DNA from: Pseudomonadota bacterium
GTDB taxonomy: Bacteria; Pseudomonadota; Gammaproteobacteria; Xanthomonadales; Xanthomonadaceae
Length of the DNA stretch: 64,000 nucleotides
Direction of reading: 5' to 3'
NCBI GenBank assembly: GCA_049324395.1
Contig: JBMOOY010000056.1
Location: forward strand, 518-64,517
The notes under the pieces were generated by a model. That model was given only the letters and a program-made list of their open reading frames with translations. It did no database searches and had not been told where the DNA came from. The translations under genes and the position numbers were made by a program. Positions 49,198 to 58,495 of the stretch are shown one piece after another (the stretch's first letter is position 1; each line of letters opens with the position of its first letter).

Positions 49198-49958
49198 GCG
49201 GACCTTCCGCCTCGGGCTTTCCGGATCATTTCTCCGCGGTGGCGGCGCAGTACGCCGTCGCACGTCCCGATTATCCGCAGGCGTTGTTCGACTGGATCGC
49301 GACCCTCGTGCCGTCGTCGCGCCGGGTCTGGGAAGCCGGTTGCGGCAGCGGGCAGGCCACCGTCGGCCTGGCCGGTGTTTTCGACGACGTCCACGCGACC
49401 GACCCGAGCGCGCAGCAGATCGCGCAGGCGCCGCAACGCGCGAACGTGCGCTACGCCGTCGAGCCGGCCGAACGCTGCGGCCTCGACGACGCCAGCGTCG
49501 ACGCGATCTGCGTGGCGCAGGCGCTGCACTGGTTCGATCGCCCCGCGTTCTTCGCCGAATGCGCACGCGTGCTCAGGCCCGGCGGCGCGCTGATCGTCTG
49601 GGGGTACCAGGACATCGAAGTCCCCGAGGCGCTCCGCGAGAGCGCCGGCGCCTTCGCCGCGCGCATCCGCGACGCCTGGCCGGCCGAACGCATCCTCGTC
49701 GATCGCGCCTACGCCGACATCGCGCTGCCCTTCGAGGCGGTCGGCACCGGCGCGGCGCCGCGCGAGATCGCGACGCGATGGCCGCTCACCCGGCTGCTCG
49801 ACTATTTTTCCAGCTATTCCGCGGTCAAGCGTTATCGCGAGGCGCACGGCGTCGACCCGGTCGCCGCCCATGCCTGGGCGATGGCGCTGGCCTGGGGCGA
49901 CGGCGGCGCGGTGCCGCTGCGCTGGCCGTTGTTCGTGCATGCGAGAAGGAAATACTGA
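49194..49958 (+). CDS. Class I SAM-dependent methyltransferase
   Basis: DHFS...YAVARPDYP, WEAGCGSGQAT, AQALHWFD. Confidence 0.92.
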   Translation: MSGPSASGFPDHFSAVAAQYAVARPDYPQALFDWIATLVPSSRRVWEAGCGSGQATVGLAGVFDDVHATDPSAQQIAQAPQRANVRYAVEPAERCGLDDASVDAICVAQALHWFDRPAFFAECARVLRPGGALIVWGYQDIEVPEALRESAGAFAARIRDAWPAERILVDRAYADIALPFEAVGTGAAPREIATRWPLTRLLDYFSSYSAVKRYREAHGVDPVAAHAWAMALAWGDGGAVPLRWPLFVHARRKY

Positions 49959-50560
49959 TGTTCACGGGTTTGATCGAAGGCGTCGGGCGCGTGCTCGCGC
50001 TGGAACCGCGCGGCGGCGATCTGCGACTGCGGATCGGCGTCGGCACGCTGCCGTTCGAGGGCGTCGCGCTGGGCGAAAGCATCGCGGTGAGCGGCGTATG
50101 CCTGACCGTGGTCGAGTTCGATGCGGATTCGTTCGCCGCCGACGCCTCCACCGAAACCCTGGCGTTGACCACCCTCGGCGCGCTCGCGGTCGGCCATGCG
50201 GTCAATCTCGAACGGGCGATGCGTCCGACCGATCGGCTCGGCGGGCATCTGGTCAGCGGCCACGTCGACGGCATCGGCCGGGTGCTCTCGGTGCGCGACG
50301 ACGCCCGCGCCCAGCGCTGGCGCTTCGCTGCGCCGGCGCCGCTGCTGAAATACATCGCGACCAAGGGCTCGATCTGCGTCGACGGCGTGAGCCTGACCGT
50401 GAACGCGGTGGACGGCGAGGGCTTCGAGGTCGCGCTGATCCCGCATACGGTCTCCCACACCGCGTTCGCGTCGACCCGGGTCGGCGACGCGGTCAATCTG
50501 GAAGTCGATCTGGTCGCGCGCTACGTCGAGCGACTGCTGTCCGCACGAGAGGTGTCATGA
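49958..50560 (+). CDS. ribE: Riboflavin synthase
   Basis: MFTGLIE, SIAVSGVCLTV, GGHLVSGHVD, VNLEVD. Confidence 0.98.
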   Translation: MFTGLIEGVGRVLALEPRGGDLRLRIGVGTLPFEGVALGESIAVSGVCLTVVEFDADSFAADASTETLALTTLGALAVGHAVNLERAMRPTDRLGGHLVSGHVDGIGRVLSVRDDARAQRWRFAAPAPLLKYIATKGSICVDGVSLTVNAVDGEGFEVALIPHTVSHTAFASTRVGDAVNLEVDLVARYVERLLSAREVS

Positions 50561-51651
50561 GTTTCGCGAGCATTCCCGAACTGCTGGACGAGATCCGCGC
50601 CGGCCGCATGGTGGTCATCGTCGACGACGAGGACCGCGAGAACGAGGGCGACCTGATCATGGCCGCGGAGCTGGTGCGACCGCAGGACGTCAATTTCATG
50701 GTCACCCATGCGCGCGGGCTGGTGTGCCTGTCGCTGACCCGCGAGCGCTGCCGCCAGCTCGGGCTGCCGCCGATGGTGCGCGACAACACCTCGCCGCACG
50801 GGACCAACTTCACGGTCAGCATCGAGGCCGCCGAGGGCGTGACCACCGGCATCAGCGCCTACGATCGCGCGCACACCGTCCGCACCGCGGTGCGTCCGGA
50901 CGCGAAGCCCGGGGATCTGTCCCAGCCCGGCCACATCTTTCCGCTGATGGCGCAGCCGGGGGGCGTGCTCAACCGCGCCGGGCATACCGAGGCGGCGAGC
51001 GATCTGGCGCTGCTCGCGGGATTCGAGCCCGCCGGCGTGCTGGTCGAGATCCTCAACGCCGACGGCAGCATGGCGCGGCGTCCGCAGTTGGAAGTGTTCG
51101 CGCGCGAACATGGTTTGAAAATGGGGTCGATCGAGGACCTGATCCGCTACCGCCTGCACAACGAGCACACCATCGAGCGCGTGGACGTTCGCGAGATCGC
51201 GACCGAACACGGTCCGTTCCGCTTGTTCACCTATCGCGATCGCATCGGCCACGGTCTGCATTTCGCGCTGCTGCGCGGCGAACCGGACGCGGCGACGCCG
51301 ACCCTGGTCCGTGTGCACATGCAGAACCCGCTCGCCGATGCCCTGCACTGGCGGCGTCCGGATTTCGGCCCGGCGGTCGGCGACGTCCTGGCGAAGATCG
51401 CCGCCGAAGGGCGGGGCGCCCTGGTGCTGCTGGGCGAGCCCCAGACCGCCGAGGCCCTGCTGGCGCGGATCCGCGAGCAGCCCGAACCGGCGACCCGGAG
51501 CGGCGCGATGGCCGAATGGCGCCGCAACGGCGCCGGCAGCCAGATCCTGGCCGATCTCGGCCTGGGCCGGCTCCGGGTGCTGGGGACGCCCAGGAAGCAG
51601 GTCGGACTGGCCGGTTTCGGACTCGAAGTCGTCGAGTACGTGGGGCTCTGA
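50557..51651 (+). CDS. ribB: DHBP synthase fused to a degenerate GTP cyclohydrolase II domain (RibBX-type)
   Basis: DDEDRENEGD, RAGHTEA. The C-terminal domain reads VRVHMQNPLAD and has no Cys ligands. Confidence 0.93.
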   Translation: MSFASIPELLDEIRAGRMVVIVDDEDRENEGDLIMAAELVRPQDVNFMVTHARGLVCLSLTRERCRQLGLPPMVRDNTSPHGTNFTVSIEAAEGVTTGISAYDRAHTVRTAVRPDAKPGDLSQPGHIFPLMAQPGGVLNRAGHTEAASDLALLAGFEPAGVLVEILNADGSMARRPQLEVFAREHGLKMGSIEDLIRYRLHNEHTIERVDVREIATEHGPFRLFTYRDRIGHGLHFALLRGEPDAATPTLVRVHMQNPLADALHWRRPDFGPAVGDVLAKIAAEGRGALVLLGEPQTAEALLARIREQPEPATRSGAMAEWRRNGAGSQILADLGLGRLRVLGTPRKQVGLAGFGLEVVEYVGL

Positions 51652-51707
51652 CCGGCCGCGTCGACGGCCGGCTACAATAGCCGGCCTTCTCGCCCCCGAG
51701 CCCCTGC

Positions 51708-52175
51708 ATGCCGCACCATGAAGGCGATCTGCGCGCCCCCGAGGGCGCCCGCTTCGCGATCATCGCCAGTCGCTGGAATCCGCGCATCACCGACCGTCTG
51801 GTCGCCGGCGCGCGGCAGGCCTTCGCCGCGCACGGCGTGGCCGAGGAGGCGGTGGACGTGATCCGCGTGCCGGGCGCCTGGGAGATCCCGCTGGCGGCCG
51901 CGCGACTCGCCGCCGGCGGCGGCCACGCGGCACTGATCGGGCTGGGCTGCGTGGTCCGCGGCGATACCCGCCATTACGAACAGGTGGCCGACGGCTGCTC
52001 CGACGGCCTGATGCGGGTCTCGCTGGATTTCGGCCTGCCGGTCGCCAACGGCGTGCTCGCGGTGGATCGTTACGAGGACGCCGAGGCCCGCGCCGGCGGC
52101 AGTCACGGCAACAAGGGCGAAGAGGCGGCGCTGGTCGCGATCGAAATGGCGAATCTGCTGGAGAGACTGCCGTGA
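51708..52175 (+). CDS. ribH: Lumazine synthase
   Basis: [30 protein letters not shown]. Confidence 0.98.
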   Translation: MPHHEGDLRAPEGARFAIIASRWNPRITDRLVAGARQAFAAHGVAEEAVDVIRVPGAWEIPLAAARLAAGGGHAALIGLGCVVRGDTRHYEQVADGCSDGLMRVSLDFGLPVANGVLAVDRYEDAEARAGGSHGNKGEEAALVAIEMANLLERLP

Positions 52176-52642
52176 GCAAACCGCATCATCGCCGGCCGGA
52201 CGGCGTGGACCCCGTGCTGCGTACCCGCGCGCGTCGTCGCGCGCTGCAGGCGGTCTACGCGTGGCAGCTCTCCGGCGCCAGCGCGCGCGAGATCGTCACC
52301 CAGTTCGCGCACGAACAGGCGCGCGAGATCGCCGATCTGGCCTATTTCGAGGACCTGGTGCACGGCGTCGACGCGCACCGCGACGAACTGGACGCCGCGC
52401 TCGCGCCGTTCCTCGATCGCGGCATCGAAGAGGTCGATCCGATCGAACGCGCCGCACTGCGCATCGCCGCCTACGAACTGAAGCACCGCATCGACGTGCC
52501 GTATCGCGTGGTGTTGAACGAGGCCGTCGAATCGGTCAAGCGCTTCGGCTCCGAACACGGCCACACCTACGTCAACGGCGTCCTCGACCACGCTGCGGTG
52601 GCGCTGCGCGACGTCGAGGTGCAGGCGTCGCGGAGGACGTGA
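52172..52642 (+). CDS. nusB: Transcription antitermination factor
   Basis: [28 protein letters not shown]. Confidence 0.97.
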   Translation: MSKPHHRRPDGVDPVLRTRARRRALQAVYAWQLSGASAREIVTQFAHEQAREIADLAYFEDLVHGVDAHRDELDAALAPFLDRGIEEVDPIERAALRIAAYELKHRIDVPYRVVLNEAVESVKRFGSEHGHTYVNGVLDHAAVALRDVEVQASRRT

Positions 52643-52651
52643 GCGTCCCGC

Positions 52652-53803
52652 TCATTCCTCGCTGACGCCGGGAATCGAGCCGTCCGCGCCGCGGATGCCG
52701 CCCGACACCGAGTCCCACCACGCCATCTGTTCCGGATCGTCGAGAAAGGCCGCGTAGGTCAGCGTCTCGGGAATCGCGTCGAGCGCATAATCCGCGCGCG
52801 CCTGCGCCAGCATCGCGGTCATCGCGCGCAGCAGCGGCAACTTCGGCACGTCGTGCTCGACGAACAGGAACTGCCCGGCCTGGTTGATCTCCAGGAAATG
52901 CAGGTCGTCGCGTTCGTCCACCACCAGGTCGATGCAGCCGAACGCCAGTCCCAGCGCGTCCATCAGCCGTCGCAGCGTCGTTTCCATGGCGGCCGGCAGC
53001 GGCACCGCGCGCGAGCGGGCGCGGTCGTCGATCGCCGAGGCGCGCCAGTCGACGACGCCATCGTCGGTCTCGGGCGTGTCGACGCGCACGGCGAACATCC
53101 GCTCTCCGACGACGGTCACGCGCAGGTCGTGGCGCTTGCGGACGCAGGCCTGGTAGATGCCGGGGCACAGCCGCAGCGACGCGTCGTCGCGCAGCGCGTC
53201 GGCGTCGACCACGCGGGCGTAGGTGCTGTAGATGCGCCCCTCGCCGTCGCGCCAGCTGTGGGTCGCGTAGGGTTTGTAGACCACGCGCTCGTGCGATGCG
53301 AAGAACGCGCGGATTTCGGTCGGGTCTGAAGACACCAGCGTCGCCGGGAAACGCAGGCCGCAGGCGTGCGCAACGCGCAGTTGCAGCAGCTTGTTTTCCG
53401 CGGCCGCGGCGCGGTCCGGGCGATTGACCCAGAACACGTCGTCGGCGGATGCGGCCACGGCGTGGACGTTGGCGACGTGCCGCTTCCACTCGTCGCGCAG
53501 GAAGTCGACGTCCGCCGGCGCCGCGCCGGGGAACGCATCGGGCAGGCGAGGGCGTCTGAACCACACGCTCGACGTGCGCCCCGACGCGATTCCGCCCGCG
53601 AAACGCAGGCCGTCGCGATCGTCGGCGTGCAGCGAGACGGATGCCATCGCCGTATCGGCGAGCGTCTTCGCCCAGATCGGGTGGAATCCGCTGTGGCGCA
53701 GGGCCCAGCACACCGCTGCGGCATGCACGTCGTGCGCGAGCCAGGAGAGCACGAGCGGTTGAGGGGCGCCCTGACCATCGGGGCGGTCGTGTCGATCGCG
53801 CAT
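52652..53803 (-). CDS. ATP-grasp RiPP (graspetide) synthetase
   Basis: VWFRRP, WVN...ENKLLQL...GLRFPATLVS, VYKP, IYQ...DLRVTVVG, DWR, GCIDL...LEINQAGQF. Confidence 0.9.
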   Translation of the reverse strand: MRDRHDRPDGQGAPQPLVLSWLAHDVHAAAVCWALRHSGFHPIWAKTLADTAMASVSLHADDRDGLRFAGGIASGRTSSVWFRRPRLPDAFPGAAPADVDFLRDEWKRHVANVHAVAASADDVFWVNRPDRAAAAENKLLQLRVAHACGLRFPATLVSSDPTEIRAFFASHERVVYKPYATHSWRDGEGRIYSTYARVVDADALRDDASLRLCPGIYQACVRKRHDLRVTVVGERMFAVRVDTPETDDGVVDWRASAIDDRARSRAVPLPAAMETTLRRLMDALGLAFGCIDLVVDERDDLHFLEINQAGQFLFVEHDVPKLPLLRAMTAMLAQARADYALDAIPETLTYAAFLDDPEQMAWWDSVSGGIRGADGSIPGVSEE

Positions 53804-53950
53804 GCGCGCTCCGTCGCGATGGGAAAACGGACTGTCGAACTTGAAAACGCCGCGCCCATGCAGCGGCGCGGCGTTCGGGCCGGGATCGTTGCGCAGATGC
53901 CTCGCGACCGTGGGTCGGACGGCGTGCGCGAATCCCCGGCCGCGGTGGCG

Positions 53951-54127
53951 TCAGATCGCCGGATCGCCCGGATCGCCCGGATCGTCGCCGTTCGGACCGG
54001 TGGCGTGGGTGTGGATCGGGATCCTGCCGCCCGAGACTTTCTCGATCTCCTGCGGGGAGAGTTCGCGCGCGACGGTGCGGGCGAGCGGGCGAGCGGCGTC
54101 CTGGGACGGGGCGTCGAACTTCGACAT
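53951..54127 (-). CDS. Graspetide precursor peptide (58 aa)
   Basis: AAGGAG RBS. Leader LARTVARELSPQEIEKVSGG, core RIPIHTHATGPNGDDPGDPGDPAI with Thr donors and Asp acceptors. Directly upstream of the ATP-grasp gene. Confidence 0.88.
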   Translation of the reverse strand: MSKFDAPSQDAARPLARTVARELSPQEIEKVSGGRIPIHTHATGPNGDDPGDPGDPAI

Positions 54128-54544
54128 TGCGTGCACTCCTTCATTCATCCTGAGGAAGATACGGCGCCGGAACGCTCCGGCGCTGTGCTTCGGATTCCGA
54201 TGCCATCGGCCGTCGAAGACGTGCGACGACGGCTTGCGACAACGGTTTGCAACGACGGCGATCGGAACCGGCGCCCGTACGCGCGTGCGCGCAGCGGGCA
54301 CGGATCGAGTCTATGCGCGGGGATCGGGCAGGGTGTTAACTTCCCGTAATCCGATGTGCCGCGGTTCGCACTCCGGCCGGATTTCGTCAAGCGCGACTTC
54401 GTCGAGCGCGACGTCGTCGAGCGTCGCGCGCACCGGCATTGCGGTGCCGATGCCGTCGCTGCGCGCGCCGACGGACCGATCCCGCGACAGGCGCGGGTCC
54501 GGCTGTGTCACCATGACGCGACCGAACCCCGCCCGTCGTCGCAG

Positions 54545-55510
54545 ATGTCCGCACGCGAATCCGAATTCGATCTCATCGCCCGCATCCGCGCGCGCGTCGC
54601 GTCGCGCGAGGACGTGGCGCTGGGCATCGGCGACGACGCCGCGCTCCTGCGCGTGCCGTCCGGTCGCGATCTCGTCGTCGCGATGGACACGCTCAACGCG
54701 GGCGTGCATTTTCCGGAAGAGACCGCGCCGGCCGATATCGGCTGGAAGGCGCTGGCGGTGAACCTGTCGGACCTCGCCGCGATGGGCGCGGATCCGGCGT
54801 GGTGCGCACTGTCGCTGTCGTTGCCCGTGTCCGATCCGGCCTGGGTCGACGGGTTCCTCGACGGATTCCTCGAACTCGCCGCGCGTCATCGCGTCGCGCT
54901 GATCGGCGGCGACACCACGCGCGGGCCGCTGTCGATCTGCGTCGCCGCGCACGGATTCGTCGAGCCGCGCGGTGCGCTGCGTCGGGATGCCGCGCGCGTC
55001 GGCGACGATCTGTGGGTCACCGGCACGCTCGGCGACGCCGCGGGCGCGTTGCGGCAATGGCGGCAGGGCGATGCGATGACGCCTGCGCTGCGCGCCCGGC
55101 TCGATCGCCCGACGCCGCGCGTCGCCGCGGGCCGCGCGTTGGCCGGCATCGCCCACGCCTGCATCGACGTCTCCGACGGACTGCTCGCGGATCTCGGCCA
55201 TGTCTGCGCGGCGAGTCGCGTCGGCGCGCGGGTCGATATCGACGCGCTCCCGGCATCTGCGACGCTGCGTGCGACCTTCGCGGAGGAGGTCCTGCGCACG
55301 CTGCAGGCCGCCGGCGGCGACGACTACGAACTGTGCTTCAGCGCGCCGAAGACCGCGCGGATGGCGGTGGAAGAGGCCCTGTCGCTCGCCGATGTCGCCG
55401 CGACGCGGATCGGCGTCGTCACCGCGGACGTCGGGCGGATCGAGACGGCCGATCGCGACGGTGCGCCGTGGTCGCCGCCCCGTCGCGGTTACGCGCATTT
55501 CGCAGAGTGA
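54545..55510 (+). CDS. thiL: Thiamine-monophosphate kinase
   Basis: SEFDLIAR, GIGDDAA, VNLSDLAAMGA, LIGGDT, IDVSDGL, GGDDYEL. Confidence 0.97.
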   Translation: MSARESEFDLIARIRARVASREDVALGIGDDAALLRVPSGRDLVVAMDTLNAGVHFPEETAPADIGWKALAVNLSDLAAMGADPAWCALSLSLPVSDPAWVDGFLDGFLELAARHRVALIGGDTTRGPLSICVAAHGFVEPRGALRRDAARVGDDLWVTGTLGDAAGALRQWRQGDAMTPALRARLDRPTPRVAAGRALAGIAHACIDVSDGLLADLGHVCAASRVGARVDIDALPASATLRATFAEEVLRTLQAAGGDDYELCFSAPKTARMAVEEALSLADVAATRIGVVTADVGRIETADRDGAPWSPPRRGYAHFAE

Positions 55511-55541
55511 ACGTCCCCGCGGTCGTCGCGAGCGGGCCGCG

Positions 55542-56132
55542 TTACCGGACAGCGAGGGCTTCGCGCACGCGCGCCCGCAACGCCGGCACCGCGTCGCGCT
55601 CGAACCACGGGTTGGCCTTGAACCAGCCGATGTTGCGCGGGCTGGGATGCGGCAGGGCGAAGAACCGCGGCAGGTACTCGGGATAGGCCGCCACGGTTTC
55701 GGTCAGCGAAGCCTTGCGCCTGCGGTCGAGGAAATACGCCTGCGCGTACTGGCCGATCAGCAGCGTGAGACGCACGTTCTCCAGCATCGGGACCAGGCGC
55801 GGATGCCAGGTCGCGCGGCATTCCGGGCGCGGCGGGGCGTCGCCGGCGCCCTGTTTGCCGGGATAGCAGAAGCCCATCGGCGCGATCGCGATCCGCGTCG
55901 TGTCGTAGAAGGCCTCGGGCGTCATCTCCAGCCAGTCGCGCAACCGCCTGCCGCTGGCGTCGTCCCAGGGAATGCCGCTGGCGTGCACCTTCGTGCCGGG
56001 CGCTTGTCCGACGATGAGCAGTCGCGCGCTCGCGCTCGCGCGCAGCACCGGCCGCGGACCGAGCGGCAATTGCGCTTCGCACAGCCGACAGGCGCGGATC
56101 TCCGCGAGCAGGGTATCCAGCGCCGCGCTCAC
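55542..56132 (-). CDS. Uracil-DNA glycosylase family protein
   Basis: CRLC, LIVGQAPG, PMGFCYPG, PHPSPRN. Confidence 0.9.
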   Translation of the reverse strand: MSAALDTLLAEIRACRLCEAQLPLGPRPVLRASASARLLIVGQAPGTKVHASGIPWDDASGRRLRDWLEMTPEAFYDTTRIAIAPMGFCYPGKQGAGDAPPRPECRATWHPRLVPMLENVRLTLLIGQYAQAYFLDRRRKASLTETVAAYPEYLPRFFALPHPSPRNIGWFKANPWFERDAVPALRARVREALAVR

Positions 56133-57526
56133 GGCAGCAGCTTGCCGGGATTGAGGATGCCGTCCGGATCGAACGTCGACTTCACCTGTCGCATCAGCGC
56201 CAGCGTCGACGCGTCGATCGCCTGCGGCATGAAGTCGCGTTTCGCGAGGCCGATGCCGTGCTCGCCGGACAGCGTGCCGCCGAGCGACAGGGTCAGCGCG
56301 AACACGTCGGCCATCGCGGTCTGCGCGCGCGCGCTCTGCGACGGATCCGCCGGGTCGTACATCAGGTTCACATGCAGATTGCCGTTGCCGGCGTGACCGA
56401 AGCAGACGATGGTCAGGGCGCTGTCGCGCGCGATCGCGCGCACGCCGGCGACGAGGTCGGGAATGCGCGAGACCGGCACCACCACGTCCTCGTTGATCTT
56501 GCCCGGCGCGAGGCCGCGGAGCGCCGGCGACAGGGCCTTGCGCGCGGCCCACAGCCGTTCCCGCGCGCGCTCGTCCGGCGCGATCTCGACGCCGAGGCAG
56601 CCGTCGCCCGATGCGGCGCGACGCAGCGCGTCGAGCGTCGCCGGGAGGGTCTGCGGATCGCCATCGGCCTCGATCATCAGCAGCGCGCCGGCGTGCTCCG
56701 GCAGATCGCCGTCGCCGCCGCTCGCGCGCATCTGCGCGCGCGCCAACCGCAGCGCGATGTCGTCCATGAATTCCAGCATCGACGGCGTCGCCGGTTGCGC
56801 CATCAGTCGCGCCACCGCGGCCGCGGCCGCGTCGACATCGCGGTACGACGCGCGCAGGACGCGGCGCGCGTCGGGCAGCGGCGTCAGGCGCAGGGTCGCT
56901 TCGACGATCAGCGCCAGCGTGCCTTCGCTGCCCACCAGCAGACGCTGCAGGTCGTAACCGGTCGCGCCCTTGGTGGTCGCGCTGCCGCAGTGGATGCGTT
57001 CGCCGGCGCCGGTCACCGCCGTCAGCGCGAGCACGTTGTCGCGACTGGCGCCGTATTTCACCGCCCGCGGTCCACCGGCGTTGCAGGCGAGATTGCCGCC
57101 GACCGTGGAGAAATCGGCGCTGGTCGGATCCGGCGGCCAGAACAGCCCGTGCGGTTTCAGCGCGCGCTGCAGGTCGCCGTTCAACACGCCCGGTTCGACC
57201 ACCGCGCAGCGATCCCCGGGACGGATGTCGAGAATCCGTCGCATGCGCTCGAACGACACCACGATGCCGCCGGCGCTCGGCACCGCGGCGCCGGTGGTGT
57301 TGGTCCCGCGACCGCGCGCGACCAGCGGGACCCGGTGCGCGCGGCAGGCGCGGACCAACGCCACGACCTCATCCGCCGTCGTCGGCAGCGCCACCGCATC
57401 CGGCATCGCCTGCCGTCGCGAGTTGTCGTAGCCGTAGGTCAGGCGTTCGTCGCCATCGGTGCGGAAACCCGCGCCGAGCAGTTCGGCGAGGGTGCGGACC
57501 AGATCGGCGGGCAGCGGGGCGCTCAT
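56129..57526 (-). CDS. FAD-linked oxidase (GlcD/D-2-hydroxyacid dehydrogenase family)
   Basis: RGRGTNTTG, FWPPDPTS, GSEGTL, FGHAGNGNLH, GEHGIG, DPDGILNPGK. Confidence 0.92.
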   Translation of the reverse strand: MSAPLPADLVRTLAELLGAGFRTDGDERLTYGYDNSRRQAMPDAVALPTTADEVVALVRACRAHRVPLVARGRGTNTTGAAVPSAGGIVVSFERMRRILDIRPGDRCAVVEPGVLNGDLQRALKPHGLFWPPDPTSADFSTVGGNLACNAGGPRAVKYGASRDNVLALTAVTGAGERIHCGSATTKGATGYDLQRLLVGSEGTLALIVEATLRLTPLPDARRVLRASYRDVDAAAAAVARLMAQPATPSMLEFMDDIALRLARAQMRASGGDGDLPEHAGALLMIEADGDPQTLPATLDALRRAASGDGCLGVEIAPDERARERLWAARKALSPALRGLAPGKINEDVVVPVSRIPDLVAGVRAIARDSALTIVCFGHAGNGNLHVNLMYDPADPSQSARAQTAMADVFALTLSLGGTLSGEHGIGLAKRDFMPQAIDASTLALMRQVKSTFDPDGILNPGKLLP

Positions 57527-58068
57527 GCGTCGATTGTAGGGCGGGCCCCGGCCCGCCATCGCAGGCTCCGTGCGAGGAAAGCGGGGCCCATGAGCGGCAG
57601 CCAGACCCACAGCAGCTCCGACCGCAGTACCGACAGCCCGCGCGCGCTGAAGAATCCGACGCCGATCGGCGACACCGCGATCGGTCGCCACGGCGCGAAA
57701 TGGCGCGCATCCGACCACGGCCACAGCAGCGCGACGCCGAGGCCGCCGTCGGTCAGCGCATCCAGCAGCGGATGCGAGGCGGTGCAGAGCGCGAGGAACG
57801 CGAACGCCTTCCCGCGCGACGTGCGCAGCGCGGGCGCGCACGCGGCGCCGATCAGGCCGATCGCCAGCGCGAACAGCAGCGAATGGCTCGCGCCGCGATG
57901 CCCGAACTGATCGGCGTAGGCGATGCCGAGCCTGAAGGCGATGCTGTCGAAGTCCGGCGCGATCGACGCGAACGCGCCGGCGGCGACCAGTCGCGGGGAC
58001 AGCGCTTTCGTGCCCAGCGCCAGGCCGGCGGCGAGCGGGATCGCGACATGGGTGAAGATCGTGGGCAT
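57523..58068 (-). CDS. Inner-membrane metal-dependent hydrolase (YdjM/YbcI-like)
   Basis: TIFTH, PDFD, HRGASHSL, SHPLLD. Confidence 0.88.
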   Translation of the reverse strand: MPTIFTHVAIPLAAGLALGTKALSPRLVAAGAFASIAPDFDSIAFRLGIAYADQFGHRGASHSLLFALAIGLIGAACAPALRTSRGKAFAFLALCTASHPLLDALTDGGLGVALLWPWSDARHFAPWRPIAVSPIGVGFFSARGLSVLRSELLWVWLPLMGPAFLARSLRWRAGARPTIDA

Positions 58069-58099
58069 CGCGTCGGCGCGGCTCGACGGACGATGCGCG

Positions 58100-58495
58100 T
58101 CAGACGTCGTCCGCGCGGAACGCGTCGCGCAGCCATTCGAAGCCGGGCGCGTCGGCGTCGCCGTGGGCGTCGATCACGTCGAAACGGCAGGGCAGGCGCG
58201 CGAATTCGCGATGCGCGGCGAGATAGCGTTCGGCGGCGCGCACGATCCTGCGGCGTTTCGCGGCGTCGATCGAGGCCGCGCCGCCGCCGAAACCGCTGCC
58301 GGAACCGCCGCCGCCCGGTCCGCGGCGATAGCGCACTTCGACGAACACCAGCGCGTCGCCGTCGCGCATCACCAGGTCGAGTTCGCCGTCGCGGTAGTTC
58401 GCGTTCGCGGCGACCGGGGTCAGGCCTTCGCCGCGCAGGAAATCGCCGGCCAGCGCCTCGATGCGGGCGCCGAGCGCGCGACGGTCAGTCGCCAC
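58100..58495 (-). CDS. yraN: YraN family endonuclease-like protein
   Basis: [22 protein letters not shown]. Confidence 0.93.
   Translation of the reverse strand: MATDRRALGARIEALAGDFLRGEGLTPVAANANYRDGELDLVMRDGDALVFVEVRYRRGPGGGGSGSGFGGGAASIDAAKRRRIVRAAERYLAAHREFARLPCRFDVIDAHGDADAPGFEWLRDAFRADDV

Noticed and set aside
46365-51710. FMN riboswitch for the rib genes
   Set aside because: No RFN consensus seen, and the genes overlap with no room for one.
54128-54544. Second RiPP precursor or extra ORF upstream of the precursor
   Set aside because: No leader motif, RBS or donor/acceptor pattern. Best read as divergent promoter space.
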